From a virus, in IMG/VR virus record IMGVR_UViG_3300042287_000745, positions 10,736-74,735 of that record: a DNA stretch of 64,000 bases; one strand, 5' to 3'. The notes beneath the pieces are model-generated. The model ran no database searches, was not told the DNA's origin, and worked only from the letters and a program-made list of their open reading frames with translations. The position numbers and the translations under genes were made by a program. Positions 29,455 through 38,545 of this stretch are shown here, piece by piece (position 1 is the stretch's first letter; the number at the start of each line of letters is the position of its first letter).

Positions 29455-29940
29455 ATGACAAACAAAAAATTCTTTTCTACAAAAACATACAGACAAATCG
29501 GGCCAGTTGCTTACCGGCAATGGCGCGCCGATTCTCATTGCAATTTAATTCATGGTTATGCTATGAGTTTTCACTTTGAATTTGAAGCAGATACGTTAGA
29601 TGCTCGCAATTGGGTTACTGACTTCGGAGGACTAAGACCACTTAAGGATAGTCTAGAAGAGTGGTTCGACCATACTTTACTTGTCGCTGAAGACGATCCT
29701 ATGCGAGACGAACTACTGCACTTAGGTAAAATTGGCCTGGCTAAAATTACAGAAGTAGAACGAACCGGTTGCGAAGGCATTGCTGATTTTCTATATGAAT
29801 ATATTAACACTATCTTTTTACCTAATTGCGGCGCAGAAGAAGCAAAACGGGTCTGGTGCTGCCGGGTAGAGGTCCGGGAAACAGATTCTAATATGGCTGG
29901 CAGAAACGGTCACCGAGAAGATAATGAATTTATGGCATAA
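29455..29940 (+). CDS. queD: 6-carboxy-5,6,7,8-tetrahydropterin synthase QueD
   Basis: HCNLIHGY, WVTDFGGL, FDHTLL, GCE and VEVRET motifs; GGAG at 29442-45 favours the ATG at 29455. Confidence 0.88.
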   Translation: MTNKKFFSTKTYRQIGPVAYRQWRADSHCNLIHGYAMSFHFEFEADTLDARNWVTDFGGLRPLKDSLEEWFDHTLLVAEDDPMRDELLHLGKIGLAKITEVERTGCEGIADFLYEYINTIFLPNCGAEEAKRVWCCRVEVRETDSNMAGRNGHREDNEFMA

Positions 29941-30444
29941 ATGAAAAAAACAAATATCGCAAAGGGTGCTCAAAGTAAAGATGAGTATGTAGGCGATTTA
30001 ACTATTGCATTTATAAATCATAATACATCTGAATATCCGGTTACAGTAGGTGCAGTAAAATTTGCACCTGTTCCTGTAACTAAGCAAAAAGATTTGATGT
30101 TAAATGTTGCAAGATTGCATGCGCAACAAGAGTATGATAGAATTATGGAATTAGTTACTGTGCTACAAAAACAAGCACATGGAATTAAACATAGATTAGA
30201 TTTTACTGATCGAGTACATGCTGCAGAATACTCATTTCAATTATATCATGGACAAACCTATTGGTTAGCATTTGATAAAAAAATACAAAAAACGATTTTA
30301 ATAATCAATGGACCGAATGACTGGTCTACGGGTGCGCCAGCACACTATGACTATATTACACGGGCTAAATGGTTAGGTGATCATACCTGGTTAGAAGTCG
30401 ATGAAGAAGGAAATCCTGTAAATGAAAATAGCGTTAATTACTGA
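29941..30444 (+). CDS. Hypothetical protein (DUF2452-like)
   Basis: 167-aa ORF; resemblance recalled only. Confidence 0.55.
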   Translation: MKKTNIAKGAQSKDEYVGDLTIAFINHNTSEYPVTVGAVKFAPVPVTKQKDLMLNVARLHAQQEYDRIMELVTVLQKQAHGIKHRLDFTDRVHAAEYSFQLYHGQTYWLAFDKKIQKTILIINGPNDWSTGAPAHYDYITRAKWLGDHTWLEVDEEGNPVNENSVNY

Positions 30445-31486
30445 TACACACTTTGGGGCAAGGTCGGATTCGCAACCATTTGATGCATATTTTAAAAGAT
30501 TTTATCAAGAATCATTTTTCCCAGAATTACAAAAACGTAATATTAAAAATATTATTCACCTAGGTGATTGCTTTGATCGTCGGAAATATATCAATTTTAA
30601 TTCTTTAAAATCTTGCCGGGAGTATTTCTTTGATCAAACAAAGTACCTTGGCATTACTATGGATATGATTATTGGTAATCATGATACATTCTTTAAGAAT
30701 ACGAATAATGTAAATTCGCCCGATTTACTACTAACCGAATATGCAAATATTAATGCATATAAAGATGCGACGGAAGTAGACTTCGGTGATTGTACTATAT
30801 TGATGATGCCGTGGTTGTGTGCTGATAATTACGAAGAATCAATGACGCTAGTTAAAAAAACTAAAGCAACGGTGTGTTTTGGTCATTTAGAGTTAGCAGG
30901 ATTTGTAATGTACAAAGGTCAAAATACGCAGGAATCGCATGGCGGTTTAGATTCTAAATTATTTAGCAAATTTGATTTAGTATGTTCTGGGCATTTTCAT
31001 CATAAGCATAGTGGAGGCAATATCCATTATTTGGGTAATCCATACCAAATGTTCTGGAATGATTTTGAGGATCCTAGAGGATTTCATATCTTTGATACTG
31101 TTACTTTGGAATTAGAATTTATTGAGAATCCTTTTACGATATTTGAAAAATATTATTATGATGACGATAAAGAAGATGTGTCGACAATAGATATTACTAA
31201 ATTTGCAAGTAAACTAATAAAATTGATAGTTGTAAATAAAAAAGATTTTATTAAATTTGATACGTTTATTGAAAATATATACAATCAAAATCCAATTGAA
31301 TTAAAAATTATCGAAGACTTCTCGGAGTTTGAGGCAGAAGCCTTAGATGAGACAATTGACTTAGAAGATACTATGACTCTATTATCCAACTATGTTGATA
31401 GTATAGAAACAGATGCGGATAAAGACCGTATTAAAACTTTGATGAAATCGTTATACGTAGAAGCTCAAAATTATGAGGAAGCATGA
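30422..31486 (+). CDS. gp47: Recombination endonuclease gp47 (Mre11-like)
   Basis: ITDTHFG, LGDCFDRR, GNHD and SGHFH motifs. Confidence 0.95.
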   Translation: MKIALITDTHFGARSDSQPFDAYFKRFYQESFFPELQKRNIKNIIHLGDCFDRRKYINFNSLKSCREYFFDQTKYLGITMDMIIGNHDTFFKNTNNVNSPDLLLTEYANINAYKDATEVDFGDCTILMMPWLCADNYEESMTLVKKTKATVCFGHLELAGFVMYKGQNTQESHGGLDSKLFSKFDLVCSGHFHHKHSGGNIHYLGNPYQMFWNDFEDPRGFHIFDTVTLELEFIENPFTIFEKYYYDDDKEDVSTIDITKFASKLIKLIVVNKKDFIKFDTFIENIYNQNPIELKIIEDFSEFEAEALDETIDLEDTMTLLSNYVDSIETDADKDRIKTLMKSLYVEAQNYEEA

Positions 31487-33201
31487 TAAAATTTAAGACT
31501 ATACGTTGGAAAAACTTCTTATCAACAGGAGCACAATTCACAGAAGTTGGATTAGATAAATCAACTACCACATTAGTTGTTGGTGAAAATGGTGCCGGTA
31601 AAAGCACCATTCTTGACGCATTGTGTTTTGTTTTATTTAATAAACCATTTCGTAGTATCAATAAGCCTCAATTACTCAATACGATCAATGCTAAAAATTT
31701 ACTAGTAGAGTTAGAATTTAATATTGGTCCTAAAGAATATAAAATTGTTCGGGGTATTAAACCTGGTATCTTTGAAATTCATGTGCAGAACGTGTTATTG
31801 AATCAAGATGCCGCAGCGAAAGATTACCAAAAATATTTAGAAGATACTATTCTAAAATTAAATTATAAATCATTTACGCAGATTGTAATTTTAGGTAGTG
31901 CATCTTTTACTCCCTTTATGCAATTGCCGTTGGGTCATCGAAGAGAAATTATTGAGGATATTTTAGATATTCAAATATTTACAGTAATGAATTCGGTATT
32001 GAAGAATAAACAAACTGAAATAAAAAATTCAATTTTGGATATAGATTCTAAAGTAGAGTTTGGTAAAAGCAAGGTTAAATTACAACAAGACTACATTAAA
32101 ACCCTTGAAGATGATATACAAAAACGGGCAAAGGATACTACAGTATTAATTGAGACTGCAAATATTGCAATTAACGGTTTTACTACAGAGATAAACACAT
32201 TAAAATCGCAAGTGGATGGATTAAAACTTACAATTTTAGATGATGATGAAACAAAGAAAAAAGAAAAACAAATACTTAAAGTACTGGACAAACTTAAAGA
32301 GAAGTCAAAGAAAGTAAATTCTGACATCACATTCTATCTTAACCACGATGATTGTCCCACATGCAATCAAAATTTAAGTGAGGACTTTAAGGATAAAACG
32401 ATTACGGAACATAAGCATAAATCGTCTGAGGTTGCTGATGCTATAAACGATTTAGAAAACCAAATAACCGATATTAATTTGCGATTAGAAAAAATAGATG
32501 TAGTTAAAACTAAGATTGCAGAATTGAATGAATCTATTATTGAATTTAGCTCTAGTTTAATTGCCGAACAAAACTATATTAAAAAATTAGCAAAAGAGAT
32601 TCAGGATAGTGCTACCAATACTACCAACATAGATGAGGAAAAAACTAAATTAAAGGCATTGGCTAAAGATGTTATTCTTTTGTCTGAAGAAAAAGGTAAG
32701 CAAACAGAAGAAAAACACTATTTTGAGATTGCGGGTATACTTTTAAAAGATACCGGAATTAAAACTAAAATTATTAGACAATATTTGCCAATCATTAATA
32801 AATTAGTAAACAAGTATTTAGTGGCAATGGATTTCTTTTGTCATTTTGAATTGGATGAAACATTCAATGAGACAATAAAGTCTAGGCATCGAGATGAATT
32901 TTCGTACGCATCATTTAGTGAAGGTGAAAAACAGCGTATTGATTTGGCGCTATTATTTACTTGGCGAACAATTGCAAAAATGAAAAATTGCGCTAGCACA
33001 AATTTGCTATTACTTGATGAGGTTTTCGATTCATCTTTAGATGCAAATGGTACAGATTATGTGATGAACCTTATAAATACTTTAGGTGACGAGACTAATG
33101 TATTTGTAATTAGTCACAAGGGAGATCTTCTATTTGATAAATTTAGAAGTGTTATAAAATTTGAGAAACACCAAAATTTCTCTAGAATACAAGGAAGTTA
33201 A
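31483..33201 (+). CDS. gp46: Recombination ATPase gp46 (Rad50-like)
   Basis: GENGAGKST, CPTC zinc hook, FSEGEKQRID and LLDEVFD motifs. Confidence 0.96.
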   Translation: MIKFKTIRWKNFLSTGAQFTEVGLDKSTTTLVVGENGAGKSTILDALCFVLFNKPFRSINKPQLLNTINAKNLLVELEFNIGPKEYKIVRGIKPGIFEIHVQNVLLNQDAAAKDYQKYLEDTILKLNYKSFTQIVILGSASFTPFMQLPLGHRREIIEDILDIQIFTVMNSVLKNKQTEIKNSILDIDSKVEFGKSKVKLQQDYIKTLEDDIQKRAKDTTVLIETANIAINGFTTEINTLKSQVDGLKLTILDDDETKKKEKQILKVLDKLKEKSKKVNSDITFYLNHDDCPTCNQNLSEDFKDKTITEHKHKSSEVADAINDLENQITDINLRLEKIDVVKTKIAELNESIIEFSSSLIAEQNYIKKLAKEIQDSATNTTNIDEEKTKLKALAKDVILLSEEKGKQTEEKHYFEIAGILLKDTGIKTKIIRQYLPIINKLVNKYLVAMDFFCHFELDETFNETIKSRHRDEFSYASFSEGEKQRIDLALLFTWRTIAKMKNCASTNLLLLDEVFDSSLDANGTDYVMNLINTLGDETNVFVISHKGDLLFDKFRSVIKFEKHQNFSRIQGS

Positions 33202-33202
33202 T

Positions 33203-33799
33203 ATGGCAAATGATACTTGGCAATTACAAACGCATACGGTAAATACGTATTGTTATTATTCAGGAGTATTTGATGATGAAATGCTTGACGATATTGTTAC
33301 GTTGGGCGATTCTCTTTTATTAAAAAATGCAGAGGTTGGTGGAAATTTTGATGTGCCAGGTGGCGAAAATGCGGATATTCGAAAAACAACTATTGGTTGG
33401 ATTCCTACAAACGATCAAAATGCTTGGCTTTATAGAAAATTAACAGACAGCATCTTTCAGGCAAATTCAAAATGGTTTAATTATGATCTTAACCATATTG
33501 AATCACTACAATTTTCAGTATATAATGAAGGTGATTTTTATGATGCGCACGTTGACCATCATTATCAAGGCGCAGGGCAATATCCTAGAAAATTGAGTTT
33601 TACTATGCAATTATCAGATCCTTCGGATTATGAGGGCGGCGATGTAAATTTAATTACGTCTCAAACCCCATTTGCAATTCCAAAAGAGCGAGGAACAATT
33701 ACATTTTTTCCTTCGTATACTTTACATGAAGTTAAACCTGTTACCAAAGGAATCCGAAAAGCATTAGTTGGCTGGATTCACGGCCCTAATTGGAAATAA
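33203..33799 (+). CDS. 2OG-Fe(II) oxygenase (prolyl-4-hydroxylase/PKHD type)
   Basis: HVD, RKLSF, YEGG, HEVKPVTKG.R and W..GP.WK motifs; likely start 33203 (ORF track 33161). Confidence 0.88.
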   Translation: MANDTWQLQTHTVNTYCYYSGVFDDEMLDDIVTLGDSLLLKNAEVGGNFDVPGGENADIRKTTIGWIPTNDQNAWLYRKLTDSIFQANSKWFNYDLNHIESLQFSVYNEGDFYDAHVDHHYQGAGQYPRKLSFTMQLSDPSDYEGGDVNLITSQTPFAIPKERGTITFFPSYTLHEVKPVTKGIRKALVGWIHGPNWK

Positions 33800-33802
33800 C
33801 AA

Positions 33803-34078
33803 ATGGCTAACAAAATTCCGTTGGAGTATCTAGAATTAGATAACGATTTTGGTTTCACCGCAGTAAATGAAAAAGATGTTACTGAACCAATATTGGCAGA
33901 AGCCAAAACATCGGTAGATAGTGAAACCAAATTGAAGTTGCAGACTTTAGAAAAAATGGTTATGCCCCTTTTGGTTAATTTGATGAAGAATCCCGAAAAG
34001 GAGTACATACATTGGCCAAATCGAGTTCCTCTCATAGAGAAGCAAATTGAGCGTATTTTAGCTATAACTAGAGCTTGA
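33803..34078 (+). CDS. Conserved phage hypothetical protein
   Basis: DFGFTAV...PLLVNLMKNPEKEYIHWPNR motif. Confidence 0.7.
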   Translation: MANKIPLEYLELDNDFGFTAVNEKDVTEPILAEAKTSVDSETKLKLQTLEKMVMPLLVNLMKNPEKEYIHWPNRVPLIEKQIERILAITRA

Positions 34079-34103
34079 CAACTGATCCTTTAGGTGTTAT
34101 AAT
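34075..34103 (+). promoter_or_regulatory. Consensus sigma70 (early) promoter
   Basis: TTGACA-N17-TATAAT with TG extension. Confidence 0.9.
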
Positions 34104-34128
34104 ATAGAAAAGCCTAAAGGAGATACAT

Positions 34129-36339
34129 ATGATAACCGATTCTAAGTCTATATTAGCAAAACTTTTAGCATCAGAAAACATTCAAGTAGAACATAAGAAA
34201 ACTTCTACCGCATACTTCGATACCAAAAATCGGGTCATGGTCATTCCTATTTGGAAGTCCATGACTCCGTTCTTATACGATTTGCTTCTAGGCCATGAGG
34301 TTGGGCATGCATTGTTTACCCCACCTGACGGCTGGCACGATCAAGTATTAGATGGTACCAAGAAGGGGTTCAAAACATATTTAAATGTTGTCGAAGACGC
34401 TCGCATCGAAAAATGTATTCAAGAAAAGTTTCCTGGGTTGAAGGTATCCTTTAAAAAGGGATATGCTGAACTAATGCAAAAAGACTTTTTCGGAATTCAG
34501 AAAAATGAATGGGATATCAACACACTGCCTTTAATTGATCGTATCAATTTACACTATAAGGTCGGTTCATATTTAAACGTGCAATTCAAAGATGATGAAC
34601 AATATTTTTTAAAACGAATTAATGGTATTAAAACGTGGGATGACGTTGTTTCTGTATCTAACGAATTGTATGAATATGGTAAAACAGAACCAAAATTGCA
34701 AAATTTTGATGATGTCGATTATGTTGAGGATATGGATGATGATTTTGATTCGGAAGATGATACTTGGGAAGAAGTGGAATCTGATTCTGATTCCGATAAA
34801 AAGAGCAAAAAAACAAAAAATAGACGAGGATCGGATATTGGCGAGTTTGATCCAGAGTCAGTAACTGATAAATTTTTTCGGCAAATGGAAAATCAACTTG
34901 TCGACGATTCAGTAAAGCCATACCTTTATGTCAATATGCCTGAGGTTGATATTAGTAAAGTCATTGTACCGTATAAAACAATTCAGAAATTCTACACAAA
35001 ATTTCGGTATCAAGATTATACACTTAATGTTGATACTTTGGATGCATTAGCAATTACACAATCAGAAAAAGCAAAAGAACATTTGTATAAAAAGTTCTTA
35101 GAATCGAATAAGAAATATATAGGTTATTTGGTTAAAGAATTTGAGCTTAAAAAGAATGCTAAACAATATGCAAGGGCATCTATTGCTAAAACTGGCAAAT
35201 TGGATATGAAAAAAATTCATTCTTATAAGACTAATGATGATCTGTTTAAACGAATGACAATTGTCCCAGACGGTAAATCTCATGGGTTATTGATGTTCGT
35301 AGATTATTCTGGGTCTATGGGTGAAAGTATTCAAGCAACAATTGAGCAAACCCTAGTTTTGGTAATGTTCTGCAGAAAAGTAAATATTCCATTTCGTGTA
35401 TATGCATTCACTGATCTACAGAATGATTCAATTAATATTGAACTAGGTATGGAAACTCCAAATACAGAGGACCCGGCTACATATTTTAGAGCTCGTAGTG
35501 TGAATGGATTGGGTAGATTTTCAAAACGAGTAAATGATTTGCATGTTGATGATGTTGCATTCAGATTACGCGAATATGTATCAAGCGAAATGAATTCAAA
35601 TGATTTTAAAGATGCAGTTAAATATTGGTTGCTTGTGGGAGAATTGATGACTTCTCGGTATAACCATAGGGGTAGCACAAATCCTGCGGTTAGTGTACAT
35701 TTAAGAAATTCAGAATTTGAACAATTGAATGGCACCCCTTTGAATGAAGCCATTATTTCTGCAATCGATATTACGGAAGCTTTTAGAAAACAATATAAAT
35801 TGGATGTCGTCAATACAGTATTTTTAACCGACGGCGATTCAAACGATACGGGGGCAGTATATAAAGAAAATGATAAATATCTCAATTACTACGATAAGTA
35901 TGGGAATAATTGTAATGTCATTATTCGGCACACTAAGACTATGCTGGAAGGTAAGAAAATTCCTAATGCGGAATTAACTACTGGTTTGCTAGATTTACTG
36001 AAAAAAGTATCCGGTGCAAATACAATTGGTTTTTTTATTGCTCCTAGATTTGGAAGGAACGTTGTTATGAACAGAATTAGTAAAACGGGTAAATACGTTC
36101 AGAATTTTGATCAGCAATATAAAACGGCAAAACAACAGAAATTCTTCATGTTAAATGATGTTGGATATGATGATTTCTATATTATTCCTGGTGGAAAAGA
36201 TTTGGAAATCACTGAAGATAATTTGGTTGTTTCGGCAGGAGCCAAAAAGACAGAGATTAAAAACGCATTTATGAAAATGCAAAAAAGCAAATCTATTAAT
36301 CGAGTTCTTTTGAGTAGATTCGTTAGTAAAATTGCTTGA
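34129..36339 (+). CDS. Metallopeptidase-like/vWA protein (CobT-like partner of MoxR ATPase)
   Basis: HEVGH, NVVEDARIE, acidic linker, MIDAS motifs DYSGSM, GTPL and LTDG. Confidence 0.85.
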   Translation: MITDSKSILAKLLASENIQVEHKKTSTAYFDTKNRVMVIPIWKSMTPFLYDLLLGHEVGHALFTPPDGWHDQVLDGTKKGFKTYLNVVEDARIEKCIQEKFPGLKVSFKKGYAELMQKDFFGIQKNEWDINTLPLIDRINLHYKVGSYLNVQFKDDEQYFLKRINGIKTWDDVVSVSNELYEYGKTEPKLQNFDDVDYVEDMDDDFDSEDDTWEEVESDSDSDKKSKKTKNRRGSDIGEFDPESVTDKFFRQMENQLVDDSVKPYLYVNMPEVDISKVIVPYKTIQKFYTKFRYQDYTLNVDTLDALAITQSEKAKEHLYKKFLESNKKYIGYLVKEFELKKNAKQYARASIAKTGKLDMKKIHSYKTNDDLFKRMTIVPDGKSHGLLMFVDYSGSMGESIQATIEQTLVLVMFCRKVNIPFRVYAFTDLQNDSINIELGMETPNTEDPATYFRARSVNGLGRFSKRVNDLHVDDVAFRLREYVSSEMNSNDFKDAVKYWLLVGELMTSRYNHRGSTNPAVSVHLRNSEFEQLNGTPLNEAIISAIDITEAFRKQYKLDVVNTVFLTDGDSNDTGAVYKENDKYLNYYDKYGNNCNVIIRHTKTMLEGKKIPNAELTTGLLDLLKKVSGANTIGFFIAPRFGRNVVMNRISKTGKYVQNFDQQYKTAKQQKFFMLNDVGYDDFYIIPGGKDLEITEDNLVVSAGAKKTEIKNAFMKMQKSKSINRVLLSRFVSKIA

Positions 36340-36364
36340 CAAGAATTGCAATAGGTGTTATAAT
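36336..36364 (+). promoter_or_regulatory. Consensus sigma70 (early) promoter
   Basis: TTGACA-N17-TATAAT; shares GCTTGACAA...TAGGTGTTATAATAT with the 34075 promoter. Confidence 0.9.
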
Positions 36365-36397
36365 ATGATGTAGCTTTTAACTTTTGAGGATTATATT

Positions 36398-37669
36398 ATG
36401 TCTAGAACGCATTACAGTGAGCAGCAACGTACCGAATTAGTTATTAAATTAGAAGAAGAATATGGTAGCAAAGTATCTAAAGATGAAATTTTAGAATTTT
36501 GCGATATGCGAAATTTGCCGAATCCGCATTTTTTAGTTTCTCGAAAAGATATTAAGGTCAATAAAGTATATGACCTTAGTCTATTAAATTCTTCGACTAT
36601 TAGCGATCCTTATATGAATGATACACCGATTGTAGCGCCCACCCCATCCGCACAAATTTTGCCTTTGAAGCAACGTAAAATGGTTTCAGAGATTGATAAC
36701 TCTGTGCCAGCAAAAGATAATACGTATGTCCCGTTTGGCTTTTTTAAGCAACTGGAACAAATTTTAAAATCAAGAACATTTTATCCGGTCTTTATTACTG
36801 GTCTATCGGGTAATGGCAAGACTACGATGGTCGAACAAGTGTGCGCAAAACTTGGGCGAGATTGTATTCGGGTAAATGTTAGTATCGAAACAGATGAAGA
36901 AGATCTAATCGGTGGTAATACATTGCTAGATGGCAATGTTGTTTATCGTGAAGGGCCGGTACTAATGGCTATGCGCCGCGGCGCAGTTCTTTTGATCGAT
37001 GAAATTGATCGAGGTTCAAATAAACTAATGTGTATGCAAAGTATTCTTGAGGGCAAGCCATTGTTCAATAAGAAAACTGGCGAGATGATTTATCCCGCGG
37101 CAGGATTTACTGTAGTTGCTACCGCAAATACTAAGGGTCGAGGCACAGACGATGGTCGCTTTATTGCAGCACAAATTTTGGACGAGGCATTTCTTGAACG
37201 CTTCCCTATTACGGTAGAACAAGAGTATCCGTCGACTACTGTTGAACGAAAAATTCTGCAAAATAAAATGGAATTTTTTGGTAAAGTTGATTCTGAATTT
37301 TCTGAGAAACTTATTACGTGGGCAGACATTATTCGTAAGACTTTTCTTGAGGGCGGCGTAGATGAAATTATCAGCACTCGCCGATTGGTAAATATCGTGC
37401 AGGCGTACTCAATTTTTAACAATCAAGAAGATGCGATTCAATATTGCATTAATCGATTCGACGATGATACTAAGTCCGCATTTATGGATTTGTATCAAAA
37501 AATGAGCAATCCGTTGCGTCAGGAAACTACTTCGGAAACAGTATACGATGATACTAAGTCCGCATTTATGGATTTGTATCAAAAAATGAGCAATCCGTTG
37601 CGTCAGGAAACTACTTCGGAAACAGTATACGATGACGGCGAACCTCTTATTAGTAGTCCACAAATTTAA
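36398..37669 (+). CDS. MoxR/CobS-like AAA+ ATPase
   Basis: GLSGNGKT, LLIDEID, ATANTKG, EAFLERF and ISTRRL motifs. Confidence 0.9.
   Translation: MSRTHYSEQQRTELVIKLEEEYGSKVSKDEILEFCDMRNLPNPHFLVSRKDIKVNKVYDLSLLNSSTISDPYMNDTPIVAPTPSAQILPLKQRKMVSEIDNSVPAKDNTYVPFGFFKQLEQILKSRTFYPVFITGLSGNGKTTMVEQVCAKLGRDCIRVNVSIETDEEDLIGGNTLLDGNVVYREGPVLMAMRRGAVLLIDEIDRGSNKLMCMQSILEGKPLFNKKTGEMIYPAAGFTVVATANTKGRGTDDGRFIAAQILDEAFLERFPITVEQEYPSTTVERKILQNKMEFFGKVDSEFSEKLITWADIIRKTFLEGGVDEIISTRRLVNIVQAYSIFNNQEDAIQYCINRFDDDTKSAFMDLYQKMSNPLRQETTSETVYDDTKSAFMDLYQKMSNPLRQETTSETVYDDGEPLISSPQI
37461..37635 (+). repeat. Perfect 84-bp tandem duplication (2 copies + 7-bp ACGATGA)
   Basis: 37461-37544 is identical to 37545-37628; encodes DDTKSAFMDLYQKMSNPLRQETTSETVY twice. 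Confidence 0.97.
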
Positions 37670-38545
37670 TTGATAAAGTATAGCGTACGCAAGTACGCTA
37701 TACCTACGTATATGCACACTAATGAAAATACTTATGATACGTTTATTCCTAGATGGTTTGGCCGTTTAGGTAACAACATACAACAAATATCTAACGGAAT
37801 TTATTTCTGCAGAGATAACAAAATACATTTTACATCACCAGACCACCCCATGGTCGAAGCCATTGATTTGAATTTTGGTGACAATAATTTTAGCATACCG
37901 CCAAATTCTCACAATTGGTTTTATTTCTTTGATGGGTCCGATGCTGACTTTAGTACAAATACCGATGATTTAAATTTTCAACGCAAGCATATCTGCGAAG
38001 AATATATATTACCTAAGCTTAAAATTAATCATATCGAATTAGATAAACCATTGCCCGACGATGTGTTAGTAATTCATATTAGAAGCGGAGACTTATATAC
38101 GAATTGGCCATCTAGCCACCCACAGAATCCTTTTGCATATTATGTAAAATTATTTAATATGTATCATGGTAAAGTAATTTTTCTTGTAGAAGATCTACAT
38201 AATCCGATTGTAGATTATTTTTCTAAAATTTCTACTGATACAAGAGTGTGTTCTATTGAAGATTCATATTTACTTTTACTACAAGCAAGAAACATTGCAT
38301 CATCGGGAGCGGGATCTTTTGTAATGGGCGCTGCTCTTTGTTCTAAAAATATTAAAAAGTTTTATTGTACCAATCTTTGGTTGCCTAATAGTCTAAACCC
38401 TACGATGCTAAAAGATCATCTTGAGGTATACTGCGCACACCTAGTAGGTGATAAATATATAAAAATTGGCGAATGGCATTGCTCCACTGAAACCATTGAT
38501 AAGATTTTAAATTATAACGAAGATATATTATTTGGGAGATTATAA
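37670..38545 (+). CDS. GT11-like alpha-1,2-fucosyl/colitosyltransferase
   Basis: GRLGNNIQQ and IHIRSGD motifs; true start probably an ATG around 37711. Confidence 0.65.
   Translation: MIKYSVRKYAIPTYMHTNENTYDTFIPRWFGRLGNNIQQISNGIYFCRDNKIHFTSPDHPMVEAIDLNFGDNNFSIPPNSHNWFYFFDGSDADFSTNTDDLNFQRKHICEEYILPKLKINHIELDKPLPDDVLVIHIRSGDLYTNWPSSHPQNPFAYYVKLFNMYHGKVIFLVEDLHNPIVDYFSKISTDTRVCSIEDSYLLLLQARNIASSGAGSFVMGAALCSKNIKKFYCTNLWLPNSLNPTMLKDHLEVYCAHLVGDKYIKIGEWHCSTETIDKILNYNEDILFGRL

Noticed and set aside
21623-29940. Queuosine tRNA or folate synthesis as the purpose of folE/queD/queE
   Set aside because: No queC/queF/queA or fol genes, and the TGT-fold protein lacks the Zn site of tRNA TGT; DNA modification is more parsimonious but unproven
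33203-33799. 2OG-Fe(II) oxygenase as a TET/JBP-like DNA base hydroxylase
   Set aside because: Motifs match the prolyl-hydroxylase/PKHD type, and gp47/gp46 separate it from the modification cluster
37461-37635. Possible CRISPR array or attachment site
   Set aside because: Two directly abutting copies with no spacer, in frame within a CDS; no cas or integrase gene in the window
34129-37669. Cobalamin biosynthesis (cobS/cobT) as an auxiliary metabolic pathway
   Set aside because: A generic MoxR/vWA pair common in T4-like phages; no cobN or other cob genes
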